64,000 bases of DNA. Origin: Candidatus Wolfebacteria bacterium GW2011_GWB1_47_1. Its GTDB lineage: Bacteria > Patescibacteriota > Minisyncoccia > UBA6257 > UBA9933. The first letter of the stretch is position 1; the number at the start of each line of letters is the position of its first letter. Of this stretch, positions 42,906 through 53,958 are shown in pieces. The stretch is from positions 484,970 through 548,969 of the forward strand of contig CP011209.1 in NCBI GenBank assembly GCA_001029635.1, read 5' to 3'. The position numbers were made by a program, and so were the translations under genes. The notes below the pieces were generated by a model. That model was not told where the DNA came from. It saw only the letters and a program-made list of their open reading frames with translations, and made no database searches.

Positions 42906-45900
42906 ATGGCAAAACAGCTTCCAACAAAAGTTTTTTCAAAACACCCCGGCTCGTTCATCGAGCAGCCGTATCTTGCCACACTCCAGGCCGAATCTTGGGA
43001 CTGGTTTGTGAAGAAAGGTCTGCGCGAACTCTTTGACGAGATTTCTCCGATCAAGGATTACACCGGCAATGAGGTAGAACTGCACTTTCTTGATTATCAC
43101 TTCGATGAACCGCGTTACGACGAGGAAACAACCCGCTTGAAGGGATTGACCTACGAAGCCCCGTTGCGCGTCAATGTGAAACTCATCAATAAGGTCTTGA
43201 ACGACGAAAAGGAACAGGAAGTATACCTGGGAGATTTCCCGATCATGACTAGTCGCCACACGTTTATCATGAACGGAGTTGAGCGCGTTATGGTTTCTCA
43301 ATTGATCCGCTCTAGCGGCGTGTACTTTAGCGCAAGCATGTTGCGGGGAAAGAAATTGTTTGGTGCGAAGATTATCCCGAACCGTGGAAGCTGGTTAGAA
43401 TTCGAAACCGAGATCGACGGCTTTATTGGCGTAAAGATTGATCGACATCGTAAGGCTCCGGTCACCGAACTGCTGCGCGTATTTGCCAACCAGGTAAATA
43501 TTACGTTAACCAACGAGAAGATCCTCGAAATGTTTGCCGACATCGACAAGGGTGCCGTGAAGCATATCGAAGCGACTTTAAAGAAGGATGCGGCAAAAAC
43601 CGCCTCTGAATCATATGTAGAAATTTACAAGCGGTTGCGACCGGGCGATTTGGCGACTCCGGAAAACGCACAGAGCTTGATTGACTCCATGTTTCAGCGC
43701 GACGACCGTTATAGCTTGTCCCGCGTAGGACGCTTTAAGGTGAATCAGCGCTTGGAATTGAAGTCTAAAGAATCGACACTGCTCGACCTCGAGGATGTCG
43801 TGCAGATTGTACGCGAGCTTATTCGCTTGAACAACGACAAGCACGCGGAGCCTGATGATATCGATCACTTGGGCAACCGACGCATCCGCGCCGTCGGTGA
43901 ATTGTTGCAGGGCCGTCTGTATGTTGGTTTTGCGCGCATGCGCCGCGCCATCCAGGACAAGATTTCGACCGCAGAAGCGGATGTTGTCTTAACTCCGGTG
44001 CAGCTTATCAACGGACGACCGCTTGTCGCCGTTATGAAGGAATTTTTGACATCTTCCCAGCTGTCGCAATTTATGGACCAGGTAAACCCGTTGGCTGAGA
44101 TCGAGCACAAGCGTCGTTTGTCTTTGCTTGGACCGGGTGGATTAACCCGTGAGCACGCAGGCTTCGAAGTCCGCGATGTTCACCCGTCCCACTATGGCCG
44201 CATCTGTCCGATTGAAACTCCTGAAGGACAATCCATCGGTTTAGTTAACCACCTCTCCAACTATTCTCGCATCAATGAATTTGGGTTTTTGGAGACGCCG
44301 TATGCAAAGGTAAAAAATGGCAAAGTTACCAACGAGATCGAATGGATGAACGCCTTGGAAGAAACCAAGTACAAGATCGCACACGGCGGAAACCGTCTTG
44401 ATGCGAATAATAGAATTGTAGACGACGTCGTCGGCGCACGTATCAAGGGCGAGCCGCGCACCTGTGATCGCGAGGAAGTAGACTTCATGGACGTTTCAAA
44501 CGACCAAACCGTCGCCGCTGCGACCGCACTTATTCCATTTTTGGAACATAACCCGGCAAACCGCGCGCTCATGGGAGCGAATATGCAACGCCAGGCCGTA
44601 CCGCCGGTACGTCCGCAGGCTCCGCTTGTCGGAACCGGCATCGAAGACAAAATTGCTCGCGATTCCGCGCGCGCCGTTGTCGCACCGGAAGATGGCGAGA
44701 TCATAGAAGTCGATTCGAACCATATCGTATTGAAGACCAAGAGCGAATTGAAGCATTTTGAATTGACCAAGTTCCAGCGTTCCAATAAATATACAAACAT
44801 TTCCCAACACCCAATCATTAACAAAGGTGACAAGGTTAAGAAGGGTGATGTACTCGCCGATGGCCCATCCATGGATCATGGAACATTGGCACTCGGACAG
44901 AATATGCGAGTTGCATTTATGTCCTGGGAAGGGCGCAACTTCGAGGACGCCATTATTTTGTCTGATCGTGTTGTGAAGAATGATATCTTCTCATCCATCC
45001 AGATCAAGGACTTTGTGTGCGATGTTCGCGACACAAAGCTTGGACCGGAAATTACCACCAATGACATTCCGAACGTGTCGGAAGAGAAGTTAAGAAATCT
45101 TGATGAGGAGGGAATCATCCGCATCGGAGCCGAAGTGCGCGCAGGAGATATCCTAGTCGGAAAGGTTTCCCCGAAAGGCGAGACTGAATTGACCGCAGAA
45201 GAAAAGCTGCTCCGTGCTATCTTTGAAGAAAAGGCGCGCGACGTAAAGGATACGTCTTTGTCCGTCCCGCACGGTGAATCCGGACGGGTTATCGGCATCA
45301 AAATCTTCTCCCGTGATCGCGGCGACAAACTTGAGCCGGGTGTTATTAAGCGCATTCAGATCGAACTTGCGGAACTTCGCAAGGTTCGCGCCGGAGATAA
45401 GCTTGCCGGACGTTATGGAAACAAGGGTGTTATCTCGAAGATCTGCCCGGCAGAAGACATGCCGTACTTGGCAGACGGAACCCCGGTTGATGTTATCTTG
45501 AACCCATTGGGCGTGCCGTCCCGCATGAACTTGGGACAGGTATTGGAAGTACATCTTGGTCTTGCGGCAAATAAGCTTGGCTATCGCGCAGTGACGCCGG
45601 TATTCGCGAGTGCAACCGAAGATGATGTACGAGCTGAATTGAAGAAAGCCGGTTATCCGGAAGATGGAAAATTGGAATTGTATGATGGACGAACGGGCGA
45701 GAAATTTGTCAGCCCGGTGACCGTCGGATTTATGTATATGATCAAGCTTGACCACATGGTCGAAGACAAGATCCATATGCGCGCGACCGGTCCGTACTCA
45801 TTAATCACACAACAACCGCTCGGAGGAAAGGCGCAGTTCGGCGGACAACGTTTTGGAGAAATGGAAGTGTGGGCCTTGGAAGGATACGGCGCAGCGTATA

Positions 45901-46124
45901 CCTTGCAAGAAATGCTCACAATCAAATCCGATGACGTATTCGGACGTGCCGCTACCTATGAAAGCATTATTCGAGGTGAGAAGATTAAGAGTCCAAACAT
46001 CCCGTCCGCATTCAACGTGCTTGTGAACGAAATTAAATCGCTCGGTATCTCTGTTGAGAAGGAGGAGGTCGAACCGGAAGAAGGCGAGGAATTACACGCA
46101 ACCGCCTCGCGAATCGAAGAATAA
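42906..46124 (+). CDS. rpoB: DNA-directed RNA polymerase subunit beta
   Basis: Canonical rpoB blocks throughout (GNRRIR..., [33 protein letters not shown]). 1072 aa, short but complete. Confidence 0.95.
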   Translation: MAKQLPTKVFSKHPGSFIEQPYLATLQAESWDWFVKKGLRELFDEISPIKDYTGNEVELHFLDYHFDEPRYDEETTRLKGLTYEAPLRVNVKLINKVLNDEKEQEVYLGDFPIMTSRHTFIMNGVERVMVSQLIRSSGVYFSASMLRGKKLFGAKIIPNRGSWLEFETEIDGFIGVKIDRHRKAPVTELLRVFANQVNITLTNEKILEMFADIDKGAVKHIEATLKKDAAKTASESYVEIYKRLRPGDLATPENAQSLIDSMFQRDDRYSLSRVGRFKVNQRLELKSKESTLLDLEDVVQIVRELIRLNNDKHAEPDDIDHLGNRRIRAVGELLQGRLYVGFARMRRAIQDKISTAEADVVLTPVQLINGRPLVAVMKEFLTSSQLSQFMDQVNPLAEIEHKRRLSLLGPGGLTREHAGFEVRDVHPSHYGRICPIETPEGQSIGLVNHLSNYSRINEFGFLETPYAKVKNGKVTNEIEWMNALEETKYKIAHGGNRLDANNRIVDDVVGARIKGEPRTCDREEVDFMDVSNDQTVAAATALIPFLEHNPANRALMGANMQRQAVPPVRPQAPLVGTGIEDKIARDSARAVVAPEDGEIIEVDSNHIVLKTKSELKHFELTKFQRSNKYTNISQHPIINKGDKVKKGDVLADGPSMDHGTLALGQNMRVAFMSWEGRNFEDAIILSDRVVKNDIFSSIQIKDFVCDVRDTKLGPEITTNDIPNVSEEKLRNLDEEGIIRIGAEVRAGDILVGKVSPKGETELTAEEKLLRAIFEEKARDVKDTSLSVPHGESGRVIGIKIFSRDRGDKLEPGVIKRIQIELAELRKVRAGDKLAGRYGNKGVISKICPAEDMPYLADGTPVDVILNPLGVPSRMNLGQVLEVHLGLAANKLGYRAVTPVFASATEDDVRAELKKAGYPEDGKLELYDGRTGEKFVSPVTVGFMYMIKLDHMVEDKIHMRATGPYSLITQQPLGGKAQFGGQRFGEMEVWALEGYGAAYTLQEMLTIKSDDVFGRAATYESIIRGEKIKSPNIPSAFNVLVNEIKSLGISVEKEEVEPEEGEELHATASRIEE

Positions 46125-46127
46125 GCG

Positions 46128-46250
46128 ATAACGAATAGGGGTCGGCAAACTGCTGCGTTACGGGGCCCCGTTGGCTTGGTTGAAGTGCTACTTGCACATC
46201 TTCCTCGCCAACTTCCCCCGTACTTTGCATTTCATCCAACCCTATCCGTT
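46128..46250 (+). ncRNA. Structured intergenic element, copy D (rpoB-rpoC spacer). Diverged copy with compensatory stem changes.
   Basis: ttacggggcccc...gtgc-tactt-gcac...cttcccccgta. Both conserved stems are kept by paired substitutions relative to A-C. Outer stem aacgaataggggtcggcaaactgc / gcatttcatccaaccctatccgtt. Confidence 0.5.
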
Positions 46251-46287
46251 CTCGGCATTTTCGAAATCTATTTATAAATTCTACCCT

Positions 46288-49200
46288 ATGAATTTCAACG
46301 CCATTAAATTGAAAGTTGCCTCACCGGAAGAGATCCTAAAGTGGTCCCATGGTGAGATCACCAAACCGGAAACGATCAACTACCGGACCCAGCGTCCGGA
46401 AAAGGATGGTCTGTTTTCCGAGCGTATCTTCGGACCGACGAAAGATTATGAGTGCTATTGCGGAAAGTACCGACGCGTTCGCTATAAAGGACTTACCTGT
46501 GATAAGTGTGGTGTGGAAGTGACTCATTCCAGCGTTCGCCGAGAGCGCATGGGGCATATTTCGCTTGCCGCTCCCGTCGCGCATATTTGGTTCTTGAAGG
46601 TTGTTCCGTCCCGCTTGTCCCTCTTTTTGGACATCCCGGTACAAAAGCTCGAAAAGGTTGTGTACTACGCAGCCTATGTCATCACGCACGTCAACGACGA
46701 CGCTCGCAAGCGCGTCTTGAAGGAGCTCGAAGACGAAGTGAAGATGAAGAAGAAGGAGTTTGAGGATAACAAGGATAAGGCAAAACTTGTTGAAGAAAAG
46801 GCAGAACAGATCAAGAAGCAGTTAAAGTCCTTAAAGGAAGGGCAGATTCTTGCCGAAGCAGAATACTTTGAATTGTCCCGCAAATACGGCGATGTGCTCG
46901 AAGCACTTTCTGGTGCGGGAGCCGTACGCCAGTTGCTCGAAAAGATCGATCTGAAGAAGTTTCTTGTTCAAACCGAAAAGGAATTGGAGGAGACTGGAGA
47001 TGAGGGTCAGAAAAAGAAGTTGCTTATGCGCTTGCGCTTGATCCATGCCTTCACTCGACACCAGATGCGTCCCGAGTGGATGGTCATGACTCAATTGCCG
47101 GTATTGCCGCCTGAAATCCGACCGATGGTTGCGCTCGACGGAGGCCGTTATGCGACTTCCGACTTGAATGATTTATATCGTCGTGTTATCAACCGCAACA
47201 ATCGCTTGAAGAAGCTCATGGAGTTGCATGCACCGGAAATCATTGTGGTCAACGAAAAGCGCATGCTTCAGGAAGCCGTCGACGCATTGATCGACAACGC
47301 TAGCCGTGGAGGCAGTGCTGTGCAATTGTCCGCCCAGAAGCGGCCGTTGCGCTCGCTCGCTGATATTTTGAAGGGTAAGCAGGGACGCTTCCGACAGAAC
47401 TTGCTCGGAAAGCGCGTAGACTATTCCGGACGTTCCGTTATTATCGTCGGACCGGAATTGCCGTTGAACTGCTGTGGCTTGCCGAAGAAGATGGCCTTGG
47501 AACTCTTTAAGCCGTTTGTCATTAGCCGCATTATTAGCGACGGACTTGCACATACCATCAAGAATGCGACTCGATTGATTGAGCAGGCACCTGCAGAAGT
47601 GTGGGCGATCCTCGAAGAGGTCATTAAAGATAAGAAGGTATTATTGAACCGTGCGCCGACATTGCACCGCTTGGGTATCCAGGCCTTTAAGCCGGTATTG
47701 CACGAAGAACTTGCGATCAAGATTCCGCCGATGGTATGTTCTGCTTTTAACGCAGACTTCGATGGAGACCAAATGGCTGTTCACTTGCCGTTGTCCGATG
47801 AAGCTCAGAAGGAAGCGACCGAGCTTATGCTCGCAAGTCGTAATATTTTGAAGCCGGCGGATGGAGCCCCTGTGGCATCACCGTCGCTCGACATCGTGTT
47901 GGGCTGCTACTATCTGACGAGCATCATCGATGATGCGAAGGGAGTGGGACATATATTTTCATCCGCTGATGAAGCGAAGATTGCTTTTGAAGCTGGTTAT
48001 GTTGCCATTAACGCACCGGTCAAGGTATTGATGGGTAAAGGAAATATCGTAGAGACTAGCGTAGGACGACTCATGTTTAATGAGGCATTACCGGAGAACT
48101 TCGGATTTGTAAATGCCGTCATGAATAAGAAGGGATTGCAGAAAGTCGTGTCTACCGTTACCAGTGAATATGGTATCGATAACACATGGACTGTACTCGA
48201 TTCCATTAAGGAACTTGGATTCAAGTATGCGACATTGTCCGCCACTACGTGGGCGATGGCTGATCTGATTATCCCGACTGAAAAGAAGGGTATTCTTGCT
48301 CAAGCCGAGAAGGAGGTTGATGTTATTGAAAACCAGTATGAAGAAGGGTTCCTGACCACTGAAGAGCGCCGTGAGCGTGTTATCGAGATTTGGGAAGACA
48401 CCACAAAAAAGTTGTCCGAGGTTGTCCCGAACGCCTTGAAAGCTGCAGGACCTTCGAACTCCGTGTTCTCGATTGTGGATTCCGGATCTCGCGGATCATG
48501 GGCACAGCCGATGCAGATGGTTGGTATGAAAGGTTTGGTGCAGAACCCGCAAGGGGATATCATTGAGCTCCCGATCAAGTCCTCCTACAAGGAAGGGCTG
48601 AACGTGCTTGAATTCTTCATCAACTCGCACGGTGCGCGTAAAGGTTTGACCGATACCGCACTTAAGACCGCAGAAGCAGGATACCTGACGCGTAAACTAG
48701 TCGACGTGTCCCAGAACCTGATCATTCGTGAGGAGGATTGTAAGACCAGTGAAGGAGTCGATATGTATCGTTCCGACGGGGATGAATATGGATATGCATT
48801 CGGAACCCGCTTGTATAGCCGAACCGTCCTTGAGGATGTAAAAGTTGGCAACAAAGTGATCGTGAAGGCGGGCGATAGCGTTACCCGCGAAGCAGCCGAA
48901 GCGATTAATAATGAACCAAAAATTGAGAAGGTTCGATTGCGTTCTCCGTTACGTTGTAAAACGCTCTACGGCGTTTGCTCGAAGTGCTATGGTTACGACT
49001 TGGGTCGCGGCGAAATGATCAAGAGTGGCGAAGCCATCGGTGTCATCGCCGCACAGTCCATCGGAGAGCCGGGAACCCAGCTCACGCTCCGCACCTTCCA
49101 CAAGGGAGGTATTGCGGGGGTTGATATCACGCACGGTTTGCCGCGCGTCCAGGAAATCTTCGAGTGTCGCGTGCCAAAAGGTAAAGCGATCCTCGCTGAA

Positions 49201-49869
49201 GATGACGGTGTGATTACCGAGATCGAAGACAAGGAAGCCTTGAAGGCGATCCGCCTCACAACCACCAAGGGTAAAAAGGCTAAGACCATTGAATATCTGG
49301 TCCCGCGCAGTATTCGTCTCTTTGTAAGGCAGGGGGATGAGGTTACCAAGGGAACCCAGTTGTGCGAAGGAAGTCTTGATTTAAAGGAATTGTTCGAATA
49401 CCAGGGTATTGAAGCGGTAGAACGCTACGCGGTGAACGAAATCCAGCGCATCTATGTACCGGAAGGTAACACGATTAACGACAAACATATTGAGATTATC
49501 GTGAAACAGATGTTCTCACGCGTCATGATTAAGGAACCGGGAGAGACTGATTTCGTCACCGGAGAGGTGATCGAAAAGTCCCGTTTCCTGGAGATTAATC
49601 GCGAGGTGCGCAAGGCAGGCAAAGCGCCAGCAAAGGCGAAACAGCTTCTCTTGGGTATCGCACGGGTATCGCTTTCCACCGAAAGCTTCCTGTCCAGTGC
49701 GTCCTTCCAGGAAACTAACCGTGTACTCGTCGCCGCTGCTACGGAGGGTAAGGAGGACCGATTGCGAGGACTTAAGGAAAACGTCATCATCGGTAAGTTG
49801 ATTCCTGCGGGAACCGGCTACCATTTGACGGGAACCGAAGAGTTTCTTGAAGAGGAAGTACTTGAATAA
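46288..49869 (+). CDS. rpoC: DNA-directed RNA polymerase subunit beta'
   Basis: Zinc-binding [27 protein letters not shown] catalytic loop, trigger loop and bridge helix regions. True start ATG 46288 (MNFNAIKLK). The 46171 start would read through element D. Confidence 0.95.
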   Translation: MNFNAIKLKVASPEEILKWSHGEITKPETINYRTQRPEKDGLFSERIFGPTKDYECYCGKYRRVRYKGLTCDKCGVEVTHSSVRRERMGHISLAAPVAHIWFLKVVPSRLSLFLDIPVQKLEKVVYYAAYVITHVNDDARKRVLKELEDEVKMKKKEFEDNKDKAKLVEEKAEQIKKQLKSLKEGQILAEAEYFELSRKYGDVLEALSGAGAVRQLLEKIDLKKFLVQTEKELEETGDEGQKKKLLMRLRLIHAFTRHQMRPEWMVMTQLPVLPPEIRPMVALDGGRYATSDLNDLYRRVINRNNRLKKLMELHAPEIIVVNEKRMLQEAVDALIDNASRGGSAVQLSAQKRPLRSLADILKGKQGRFRQNLLGKRVDYSGRSVIIVGPELPLNCCGLPKKMALELFKPFVISRIISDGLAHTIKNATRLIEQAPAEVWAILEEVIKDKKVLLNRAPTLHRLGIQAFKPVLHEELAIKIPPMVCSAFNADFDGDQMAVHLPLSDEAQKEATELMLASRNILKPADGAPVASPSLDIVLGCYYLTSIIDDAKGVGHIFSSADEAKIAFEAGYVAINAPVKVLMGKGNIVETSVGRLMFNEALPENFGFVNAVMNKKGLQKVVSTVTSEYGIDNTWTVLDSIKELGFKYATLSATTWAMADLIIPTEKKGILAQAEKEVDVIENQYEEGFLTTEERRERVIEIWEDTTKKLSEVVPNALKAAGPSNSVFSIVDSGSRGSWAQPMQMVGMKGLVQNPQGDIIELPIKSSYKEGLNVLEFFINSHGARKGLTDTALKTAEAGYLTRKLVDVSQNLIIREEDCKTSEGVDMYRSDGDEYGYAFGTRLYSRTVLEDVKVGNKVIVKAGDSVTREAAEAINNEPKIEKVRLRSPLRCKTLYGVCSKCYGYDLGRGEMIKSGEAIGVIAAQSIGEPGTQLTLRTFHKGGIAGVDITHGLPRVQEIFECRVPKGKAILAEDDGVITEIEDKEALKAIRLTTTKGKKAKTIEYLVPRSIRLFVRQGDEVTKGTQLCEGSLDLKELFEYQGIEAVERYAVNEIQRIYVPEGNTINDKHIEIIVKQMFSRVMIKEPGETDFVTGEVIEKSRFLEINREVRKAGKAPAKAKQLLLGIARVSLSTESFLSSASFQETNRVLVAAATEGKEDRLRGLKENVIIGKLIPAGTGYHLTGTEEFLEEEVLE

Positions 49870-49904
49870 TTACTAATTTGTAATTACTAATTACTAAAAA
49901 AATA

Positions 49905-49938
49905 CAAAAGCCGTCGGCTTTGGGCCGGCGGCTTTTGT
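49905..49938 (+). terminator. Rho-independent terminator after rpoC (aaagccgtcggctttgggccggcggcttttgtg)
   Basis: Imperfect GC stem plus T-run. Followed by a REP-like fragment tgtcattcccgcg at 49945-49957. Confidence 0.6.
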
Positions 49939-50282
49939 GTATTCTGTCATTCCCGCGCAGGTCGGAATCCACTTCTATTTTTTAAATAATATTTCCTGTA
50001 CTTTTTCCAGAAAAAGTACCAAAAAGCTTGCGAGCGAAATAAAAAAGCGGAATGCTCTTGAAAATTCCTTACGAATCCGAGGGGTGCGCCCGTTTGCTAA
50101 CGGGACCCCGCACCTCGGATTCTGTGGGAATTTTTTGCGTTCATTCTGATCGCTTTTTTACAGCTCGCGAAGGAATGCGGGGAAACTTATACTCCTTTAT
50201 TCACTATCCTTTTTGCATGCGCAAATAGTAGAAATAAAAAAAGACGGGCGCTGGGGAGCGACCGTCGGGGTGGTACTTCGGA

Positions 50283-50480
50283 CTAAAGAGGGTTGTGTCC
50301 GAAGTGGCGCATGTCGCCCGGATGAGCGACCTTGTCGTAGTGGCAGAAGGAGCACTGCGGCGGGGGTAACGGCCTGCTCGCGAGAACCTCGTTGATTTTC
50401 GCGCTGATCCCTATAAAGGCTATCGTCAGAATAAAGCAGGACATTGCGTTTTTATGATATTGAATCGGCATACACCCCAT
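50283..50480 (-). CDS. Small Cys-containing hypothetical protein (65 aa)
   Basis: RBS aaaggag 7 nt before the ATG. Terminator hairpin gacgggcgc/gcgaccgtc plus A/T-run downstream on the minus strand (50229-50262). Confidence 0.45.
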   Translation of the reverse strand: MGCMPIQYHKNAMSCFILTIAFIGISAKINEVLASRPLPPPQCSFCHYDKVAHPGDMRHFGHNPL

Positions 50481-50634
50481 GGGAAATCTCCTTTTTACAT
50501 GGTGCCCGTAGGTGAATTTAAGTTTCTGTATATATTATATACCACATTATATATATTTGTCAACCCCTCCGCAAAATAACGAAGAGGGGTTTAAAAAATA
50601 GCGGACCGAGGTCCGCTATTGAGGGGCGTTGCCG

Positions 50635-50898
50635 TTACGCCGGTACGCATTTGATGAATGCAGGAGCGGGGTCGTGCGACGGGTGATTGCGTTCGATTGC
50701 GGTTGCTGTCTCGAAGGCACCGCTGAAACCGTCGCAGACGATGAGCATATCTCCTATCTCGATCTTACCGGGGTTGTTGGGCATCTCGTCAACAAGAGCT
50801 CTTCTTGTTGATATAAGCGCCCATCTGCGCCCACCTTTGAGATTGCGAACGAAATCCTTGTAGTCTTTTCTACTCAGAATCACCATTTTCCCAGACAT
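50635..50898 (-). CDS. Hypothetical protein (87 aa)
   Basis: Minus-strand ORF with a downstream terminator (tagcggacc-gag-gtccgcta plus T-run at 50590-50630). No motif recognised. Confidence 0.4.
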   Translation of the reverse strand: MSGKMVILSRKDYKDFVRNLKGGRRWALISTRRALVDEMPNNPGKIEIGDMLIVCDGFSGAFETATAIERNHPSHDPAPAFIKCVPA

Positions 50899-51049
50899 TG
50901 TGCCTCCTTATCTGTATACCTACCCGATGAAGTTTCTAAGGGCATCTTATGTCATATTTGTATAATTTGTCAATATTTTGAGCAAAGATAGAGGGGGCAG
51001 ATAGTCATTTCGTTTGACATTGTGGGGCTTATCTAGTACATTAAAACCT

Positions 51050-51478
51050 ATGGAACAGCAAGTAAAAAAATATGAAATCGGGTTTTTGGTAAGGGAAGAG
51101 TCCGAAGTCGACGAAATTAAGAATGCCCTCGCAGCCGTCAAGGCCGAGGTCGTCTCTGAAGGTCGATTAAAGAAGATTCGCTTATCCTATCCTATCTTAA
51201 AGGAAACAGTAGCCCATTTCGGTTATTACTGGTTCAACGCTGATACTCAGGCCATTAAGGTTATGGACGCGTCATTGCGCCTTAACTCTAAAGTGTTGCG
51301 ACATATTATTATCGCAGCGCCGGTCGAGCTCAACGAAGAACGAGTACCCGGAGTGCGTGGCGAAAAGACCGAGAAGACTCGAGAGCGTTCTGCTGAGAAG
51401 CCTGTAAAGAAATCTCCGGATTCCGATGCAGTTGACAATGCTGTGCTCGAGAAGACTCTCGAAGAGATTCTTAAATAA
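51050..51478 (+). CDS. rpsF: 30S ribosomal protein S6, with a Lys/Glu-rich C-terminal extension
   Basis: KYEIGFLVREESEVDEIKNA... S6 fold. Operon rpsF-ssb-rpsR. Confidence 0.8.
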   Translation: MEQQVKKYEIGFLVREESEVDEIKNALAAVKAEVVSEGRLKKIRLSYPILKETVAHFGYYWFNADTQAIKVMDASLRLNSKVLRHIIIAAPVELNEERVPGVRGEKTEKTRERSAEKPVKKSPDSDAVDNAVLEKTLEEILK

Positions 51479-51494
51479 TCACTAATCATACTCT

Positions 51495-51974
51495 ATGAAT
51501 CTCAATAAAGTATTCGTAGCAGGGCGCCTGACCGCAGATCCCATATTAAAGACTACGCCGCAAGGCCAGTCTGTTGCAACCTTTTCGATTGCAACCAACA
51601 GTATGTGGACCGACAAAAGCGGTGCTCGCAAAGAGGAAGTCGAATACCACAATATCGTGGTATGGGGAAGACAGGCGGAAACATCCTCGCAGTATCTTGC
51701 CAAAGGAGCGATCGCACTCGTCGAAGGACGATTGAAGACGCGCTCGTGGCAGAACCAACAAGGGCAGACCGTTAAGACCACCGAGATCATCGCAGACCGA
51801 GTAAACTTCGGACCGCGTGCAGGAGGAGGGGGAGGTATGGCACCGCGAGGAGCCGATCTCGACCAGCCAACACATGATGATTTTGGAGGAGGCTCGTCTT
51901 CGCTCGAAGAAGAAGCCCTTCCGCAGATCGATATCGACGAAGAGGATATCAAGCCGGAAGATCTTCCATTCTAA
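51495..51974 (+). CDS. ssb: Single-stranded DNA-binding protein
   Basis: OB-fold MNLNKVFVAGRLTADP...VEYHNIVVWG. Gly-rich linker and acidic C-terminal tail ending DLPF. Confidence 0.9.
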   Translation: MNLNKVFVAGRLTADPILKTTPQGQSVATFSIATNSMWTDKSGARKEEVEYHNIVVWGRQAETSSQYLAKGAIALVEGRLKTRSWQNQQGQTVKTTEIIADRVNFGPRAGGGGGMAPRGADLDQPTHDDFGGGSSSLEEEALPQIDIDEEDIKPEDLPF

Positions 51975-52059
51975 TAGGAGTTGATACGTTTGCCGGTTCG
52001 CCGAACCAATGGCGACCAAACAACGTTCCATTACCAATCAACTAATACTAACTACTAAT

Positions 52060-52266
52060 ATGATCACCAAGCAATGCTTTTTCTGTTCTCAGAATTTGAA
52101 AACGATCGACTATAAAGAGGTCGATTTGCTGAAGCGCTTCATTTCGGGACAGGCTAAGATCATCGATCCGCGCCATACCGGAACCTGTGCAAAGCACCAG
52201 CGCATGATTGCGTCCGCTGTAAAGCGTTCACGCTTCATGGGGCTTCTTCCGTTCGTGAAGCGGTGA
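52060..52266 (+). CDS. rpsR: 30S ribosomal protein S18
   Basis: CFFCSQNLKTIDYKEVDLLKRFISGQAKIIDPRHTGTCAKHQRMIASAVKRSRFMGLLPF aligns along the full length of S18. Start at ATG 52060. Confidence 0.85.
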   Translation: MITKQCFFCSQNLKTIDYKEVDLLKRFISGQAKIIDPRHTGTCAKHQRMIASAVKRSRFMGLLPFVKR

Positions 52267-52274
52267 GTCCAGAT

Positions 52275-52302
52275 GAAAGCCGCCCAAAGGGCGGCTTTTT
52301 GT
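52275..52302 (+). terminator. Rho-independent terminator (aagccgcccaaagggcggctttttg)
   Basis: Hairpin plus T-run after rpsR. Confidence 0.75.
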
Positions 52303-52393
52303 TGACATCTGATATGGGAATGGCAATACTACTAAATAGTTACTTTAACGCGCAGGGCTGTATAGTTGCAGGCGACATAAAAGGAGGTGTCCG

Positions 52394-52963
52394 ATGGTGC
52401 AAAGGATGATTGGGTTTCTTATAGTCGTTTTCTGTTTTGTGTTTAGTTTCTGCTCCACCTCGATCGCGGCACCTAGCCGTTGTACGGGGGCGATTAGTCG
52501 TATTACCGAGTTGCATAGCCTTGGCAATATTGGTGTTGCAAAGTTACTTGTCGATTCTGCTATTGGCGATCCCGTTTCGATTGGGTGTTCTCCGGGGCAA
52601 TATGCTCAGCTGCGTGCGTTGCGCGATAGTGTCTATCTGGAGTGCATTATAAAACAACTGGATGATGCACGCGCTGACGTACTTGAGCGCGATGATGGTC
52701 TTGCCGCGCTGGAAGGGATTCGAAAGGCTGTTTTTATGGCGCATGTAATCGATGTTTCTCTAGAGGGTATCAATAAGTTGTTCGGATTTGCGTACTTTGT
52801 CGCCGCTGCACAGACGCTCGAAATGGCGAATGAGGCAAAACACGAAGGAGATTTTGAGAACGCTGAATATTTGATCAGAAAGACCGTTGATTTCTTGGAG
52901 AAAGCACGCATGTTGGACGATCGCATCGATGCGATCATGCGGAACAACGGTTTAACAAAATGA
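52394..52963 (+). CDS. Secreted hypothetical protein (signal peptide)
   Basis: N-terminus MVQRMIGFLIVVFCFVFSFCSTSIAAP is signal-peptide-like, followed by a helical domain. No motif. Confidence 0.45.
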   Translation: MVQRMIGFLIVVFCFVFSFCSTSIAAPSRCTGAISRITELHSLGNIGVAKLLVDSAIGDPVSIGCSPGQYAQLRALRDSVYLECIIKQLDDARADVLERDDGLAALEGIRKAVFMAHVIDVSLEGINKLFGFAYFVAAAQTLEMANEAKHEGDFENAEYLIRKTVDFLEKARMLDDRIDAIMRNNGLTK

Positions 52964-53028
52964 CGCTTAGTAGTGTCTGATCACAGGGGAGGGCAATATG
53001 CCCTCCCTATTTTTGAACAGGCTATACT

Positions 53029-53958
53029 ATGCTATACTGGTATTTACGAACTATGACACTGTATACCCATAAAGATGAAAATATCAGAAAGACCTGGCTA
53101 TTGTTTTCCGCATTTCTTATTGTGGTTATTGGCATAGGTTGGTTCTTTTCCTATCTCTATCAAAACTCTGTTATCCTGTATGGTGTGGTTGCGTTTGCCG
53201 TCTTTATGAACATCTTTTCCTACTGGTTTTCGGACAAGATTGTATTGTCTATGGCGCATGCTCAGCCGATCGAAAAGAAAGATAATCCCGATTTATACAA
53301 CCTAGTGGAGAATCTTTGCATCACTGCGGGGCTGCCTATGCCTCGCGTATATATCGTGCATGAGGAGCAACCAAATGCATTTGCGACCGGGCGTGATCCG
53401 AAGCATGCGGTCGTCGCTGTGACGCAGGGATTACTTGATCGACTCAATCGTTCTGAGCTTGAGGGTGTTATTGCACATGAACTTTCTCATGTTGGTAATC
53501 GCGATATGCTGCTTTCGACTGCTGTCGTGGTCCTCGTAGGCTTTATTTCAATTCTTTCTGACATGTTCATGCGGTCCGCATTATGGGGAAGCTTCTCGAA
53601 CCGCGACGATCGCGAAGGAGGGCAGGCGGGTACTGTCTTGCTTATTATTGGGATTGTTGTTTCCATTCTTGCTCCGATATCTGCTCAGCTAATGCATTTG
53701 GCCATTTCGCGCAAGCGTGAATTTCTTGCGGATGCTTCGGGAGCCTTGTTGACCCGATACCCCGAGGGTCTTGCGAGTGCGCTCGAAAAGATATCTCAAA
53801 GTACTACGCCGATGTCTGTCGCAAGTAGTACCACGGCCCATTTATGGCTCGATGACCCCTTCAAAGGAGCTCAGAAGACCAGTTGGTTGCATAAGATATT
53901 TATGACTCATCCACCCGCGGAAGATCGCATCGCCGTGTTGCGCGGTATGCACATTTGA
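53029..53958 (+). CDS. htpX: Zinc metalloprotease HtpX (M48 family)
   Basis: HELSHVGNRDM (HExxH), 4 TM helices, EFLAD downstream glutamate region. Confidence 0.85.
   Translation: MLYWYLRTMTLYTHKDENIRKTWLLFSAFLIVVIGIGWFFSYLYQNSVILYGVVAFAVFMNIFSYWFSDKIVLSMAHAQPIEKKDNPDLYNLVENLCITAGLPMPRVYIVHEEQPNAFATGRDPKHAVVAVTQGLLDRLNRSELEGVIAHELSHVGNRDMLLSTAVVVLVGFISILSDMFMRSALWGSFSNRDDREGGQAGTVLLIIGIVVSILAPISAQLMHLAISRKREFLADASGALLTRYPEGLASALEKISQSTTPMSVASSTTAHLWLDDPFKGAQKTSWLHKIFMTHPPAEDRIAVLRGMHI

Noticed and set aside
17597-46250. MITE or transposon interpretation of elements A-D
   Set aside because: The outer inverted repeats differ in sequence between copies and are conserved only as pairings. There is no TSD and no conserved TIR. 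This fits a structured RNA or complex terminator better than a mobile DNA.
46171-46287. Upstream extension of rpoC
   Set aside because: Would translate through structured element D. Conserved rpoC N-terminus begins at MNFNAIKLK (46288).
43298-49824. Numerous 60-250-aa ORFs antisense or out of frame within rpoB and rpoC
   Set aside because: rpoB/rpoC motifs are continuous in the + frames. The embedded ORFs are by-products of long coding regions.
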